This document shows positions 61,201 to 64,000 of a stretch of DNA of 64,000 nt, piece by piece. The position numbers were made by a program, and so were the translations under genes. Under the pieces are notes generated by a model. That model was not told the DNA's origin and made no database searches. It was given only the letters and a program-made list of their open reading frames with translations. Each line of letters starts with the position of its first letter. Positions within the stretch are counted from its first letter, which is position 1. Source of the DNA: Dipteris shenzhenensis (lineage: Eukaryota); NCBI GenBank assembly GCA_047967505.1, contig CM106538.1; one strand, 5' to 3'.

Positions 61201-62354
61201 CATATTGTATACAATATGATATAGAACCACTCACTCATGGAGTAACTTTAAAGTATGGGTCATTAGAGGTCTCATTTAACTGAACATATGGTGGACTTTG
61301 TACATGGATGTATACATGGTTAGATGCTACATTGTAGTGAACTGTAGAAGGGGCCTAAGTCAGAGTTTGAATAGTCCTTAATCCATCATGTTAGTAAAAG
61401 TTAGTGTACATTTTGTTAATAAGAGTTAGTGTACATTTTGTATAGTCAATAAATTGGTGTCTCTTCCCTCTCCAGTGTGTGCATGTCAGCAGTGTATTCA
61501 GCTCACAACTCTTAAATACTATATATAGGTATTAAGAAAGGGCATGGTTATCATAAATAGAGTGATAAAAAGCTTCATGAGATTTATGGGGGTGAGATAA
61601 TAACTTAATGGCATGATAAAAAAGTGCATGTGACCTATATGGAGGTGGTCTTAAAAGCTCACATTAAAGCTATCTTCATTAATACGCATCTTGAGATTGC
61701 ACATGTTGAGTTCGTTTGAATTTCCCATCAAGCAGTTTCATAAGTAGTCTCGTTACATTGCATGTGGTTTTCATACCGGTGAGTTGGTAATTGCTTAGCA
61801 TGCAAAAGATATCCTTTTATGCTTCTCGAAACCTTGTACTAAGGTTATGAGAATTTGTAGGTGGGATTCTTTTGTTTTTCCTAGAATCTTGTACCAAAGC
61901 TACAAGCATTCATAGGTAGGCTCTTGCTTTAGGTGATAATAGTGTTTGCCTCTTTAGGAGACTCTGCGAGGCATACAATGAGTTTGTACATTATGCTATA
62001 TCTCACATTAAGATAAGATCTATATCAATTGTCATGCAATGAGAAAGGCTCACATCGTATTTATTCATGCATGTTGGATCTCAAATGAAGAATGCCATTT
62101 TTTGCTCTTGTGTTTGTATGTCAATGCGAGCTTTTGCATTCAAATGAGATCTATTGCTCATGGTTGATCGGCATTGGATGAGAAGAGATTAATGTGTGGG
62201 AATAGAGTAGTGTGCATGCATATGAGGTTATTGGATGAGGGTGAAAGGCTCAGGTGGTTGTGGGTTCACATAAAATGTGCAAATTTTCAAAAGAGAAGAT
62301 AACTAAATATTGTTAAAGAAGATATGATGTCAGAAAGGGATAATTGAGGTTTTT

Positions 62355-62358
<4 letters not shown>

Positions 62359-62430
<72 letters not shown>
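62359..62430. repeat. Compound (TG)n(AG)n microsatellite
   Basis: Directly visible. Confidence 0.95.
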
Positions 62431-62434
<4 letters not shown>

Positions 62435-62959
62435 GGGGGGGTTGAGCTTTAAAATATCTTCGTCTACTTTGAAGGAGGAGATCATGGTAGCAAGTTTGTG
62501 GAAAAAGAAGCATACATCATGGAGGATGTGATACTTGGGGATGCACGTCACCCTCAAATGGCGCTAGTTGACGGGGAAGTCCCTGCCCTCACATGGAAGA
62601 CTTGAGGAGGCAACGAGTTAAGCGAAATTGGAGGGTTTTGGGAATATGTATACCCAATGGGCGGGTTCCAAGTGAAAAGTGAGGGAGTGGGGTTGAACAC
62701 TGCAGCAAGAACAAGGTGAAAAAAATGTCACCAGGCGTGCCAAAGGGGATGTGAGAGCCTGACTCTTAGATTATGACAAATACGTAAAGCCTCTATCAAG
62801 ATACTCTTCGACAGAAGAGTTCTTTGAAGGAGCGTGAAGAATTCCCATAATATAAGAGAGAGAACTCAAAAGAGAGGGGAAGGAGTTGAAAGGGAAGAGA
62901 AAAGAAGATAAACAAGATTACTTCTTACTTCGAAGGAGAAAGGAAATGCTCAAATTTAC

Positions 62960-63808
62960 CGTTGAGGGGGGGAGGGGGGGAGAGGAAGAAAGGCAAGGGG
63001 CAAAGTTCGATAAAAGTGGGGGGGGGGGGGGGGGGGGGATAAAATTGAAATTTTGAAAAGCGCGAATTTCGAGTCCGGTCTGAAAGGAGCTTTTACTTTT
63101 AGTTTAATGCCTCAGCTGCGCATACAAACAAAATTCGTGCCAAGAAATCAAAGCCTTTTTCTTTCTTCCTTTTCTTTCTTCTCCATCTCTCTCTCTCTTT
63201 TGCTCTGCCTTTCATTTGTGTTCGAACTCTTCTGGCCTTTTGAATTCCACAGAACGCGGGCTTCCCCTTCCCCACGTTACACCACCTCCCTTGCCTTGCT
63301 TCTTTCCTGTTCTCATGGCGAAGCCTCTCCATTTCTCCACTTCTCCAGTCCTAGCTCGCTTCTTCCCATCTCGTCCATCCATGCAGCAGCCCCGCAACAG
63401 AGAGGTTACACCAGCTCAAGCGCTCTTCTCTCTATGACAGACAAGACGAGCCTTTTGCCTTCACGCTGCACGGCCATCGTTTTCCTCCTGCCTCTGCAAT
63501 TTGCCTTTTTTGCAAAAATTGAATGCATGTGAACACGGACAAAAGGAGAGCGATCGCGATGATTGCATTCACGGGAGACAGGCTTGTAAGACAAAGTTTA
63601 AGCCGCTCGTAGAGACAATGAGAGGTCGCATGTGAAGCGACGGGAAAAACAGACCTGCACTGTAAATTTCATCTATGTGAGCTGCTGGAGGATAAGATTT
63701 TCTGTGCGAGGAGGTGATGCATGGGAATCGCAGAAGACATGCGTGAGCTCAGGCTGCGGATGTCGAAGGGGAGGCCAGCAATGTGGATTGAGCGGTCGAG
63801 AAACAAGG

Positions 63809-63858
<50 letters not shown>

Positions 63859-64000
63859 CCGAGTTGAGCGTTACCCGGAAAATAAGAACGGCGCAAATCT
63901 AAGAGTGACAAATGCCATCTCCTGCTGCGCCTTCTCGAAAGACAATTAAGAATGTACCGCCTTTCGTTCTGCTTCTCGTTCTGTAAAAATGGAACCTGTA
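62960..64000. promoter_or_regulatory. CpG-retaining, CT/GA-rich region, probably promoter or 5' leader of a gene beyond the window
   Basis: Poly-G tracts 62965-63038, CT-rich 63155-63500, (GA)n 63812-63853 and many CpGs, like the region upstream of the kinase; no credible ORF. Confidence 0.35.

Noticed and set aside
63053-63532. 159-aa ORF and resemblance of 63077-63091 to miR319 and 63435 to miR156
   Set aside because: ORF is low-complexity with a non-ATG start; miRNA matches are partial and I see no complementary hairpin arm.

Overview
Eukaryotic land-plant genomic DNA; the repeat landscape and divergence of the one gene suggest a non-flowering plant such as a fern, but this is inference. 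The only clear host gene is a two-exon, 995-aa LRR receptor-like kinase of the IRK/PXC2 (LRR-VII) type at 2871-6277 (+), with a G-box/ABRE-rich upstream island and a long pyrimidine-rich leader. Most of the rest is nested, decaying transposons. (1) The most notable, hard to see in the ORF track, is a degenerate minus-strand Helentron-type rolling-circle element with OTU protease, HUH Rep and AP-endonuclease motifs but no helicase (~9340-18300), split by a full-length Ty1/Copia (12012-17590). (2) An old Copia relic (~19450-38790) appears to be split by a Ty3/Gypsy (~21461-36440), which itself contains a second copy of the same Copia family (22872-28519, TSD ATGGC), a ~690-bp TIR element and a ~1.4-kb element with an 8-bp TSD and a ~355-bp foldback palindrome. 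(3) A third, 5'-truncated Copia, a Stowaway-like MITE, LINE and Copia fragments, a tRNA-like relic, minisatellites and microsatellites follow. All translations and alignments were done by eye; no database searches were run.
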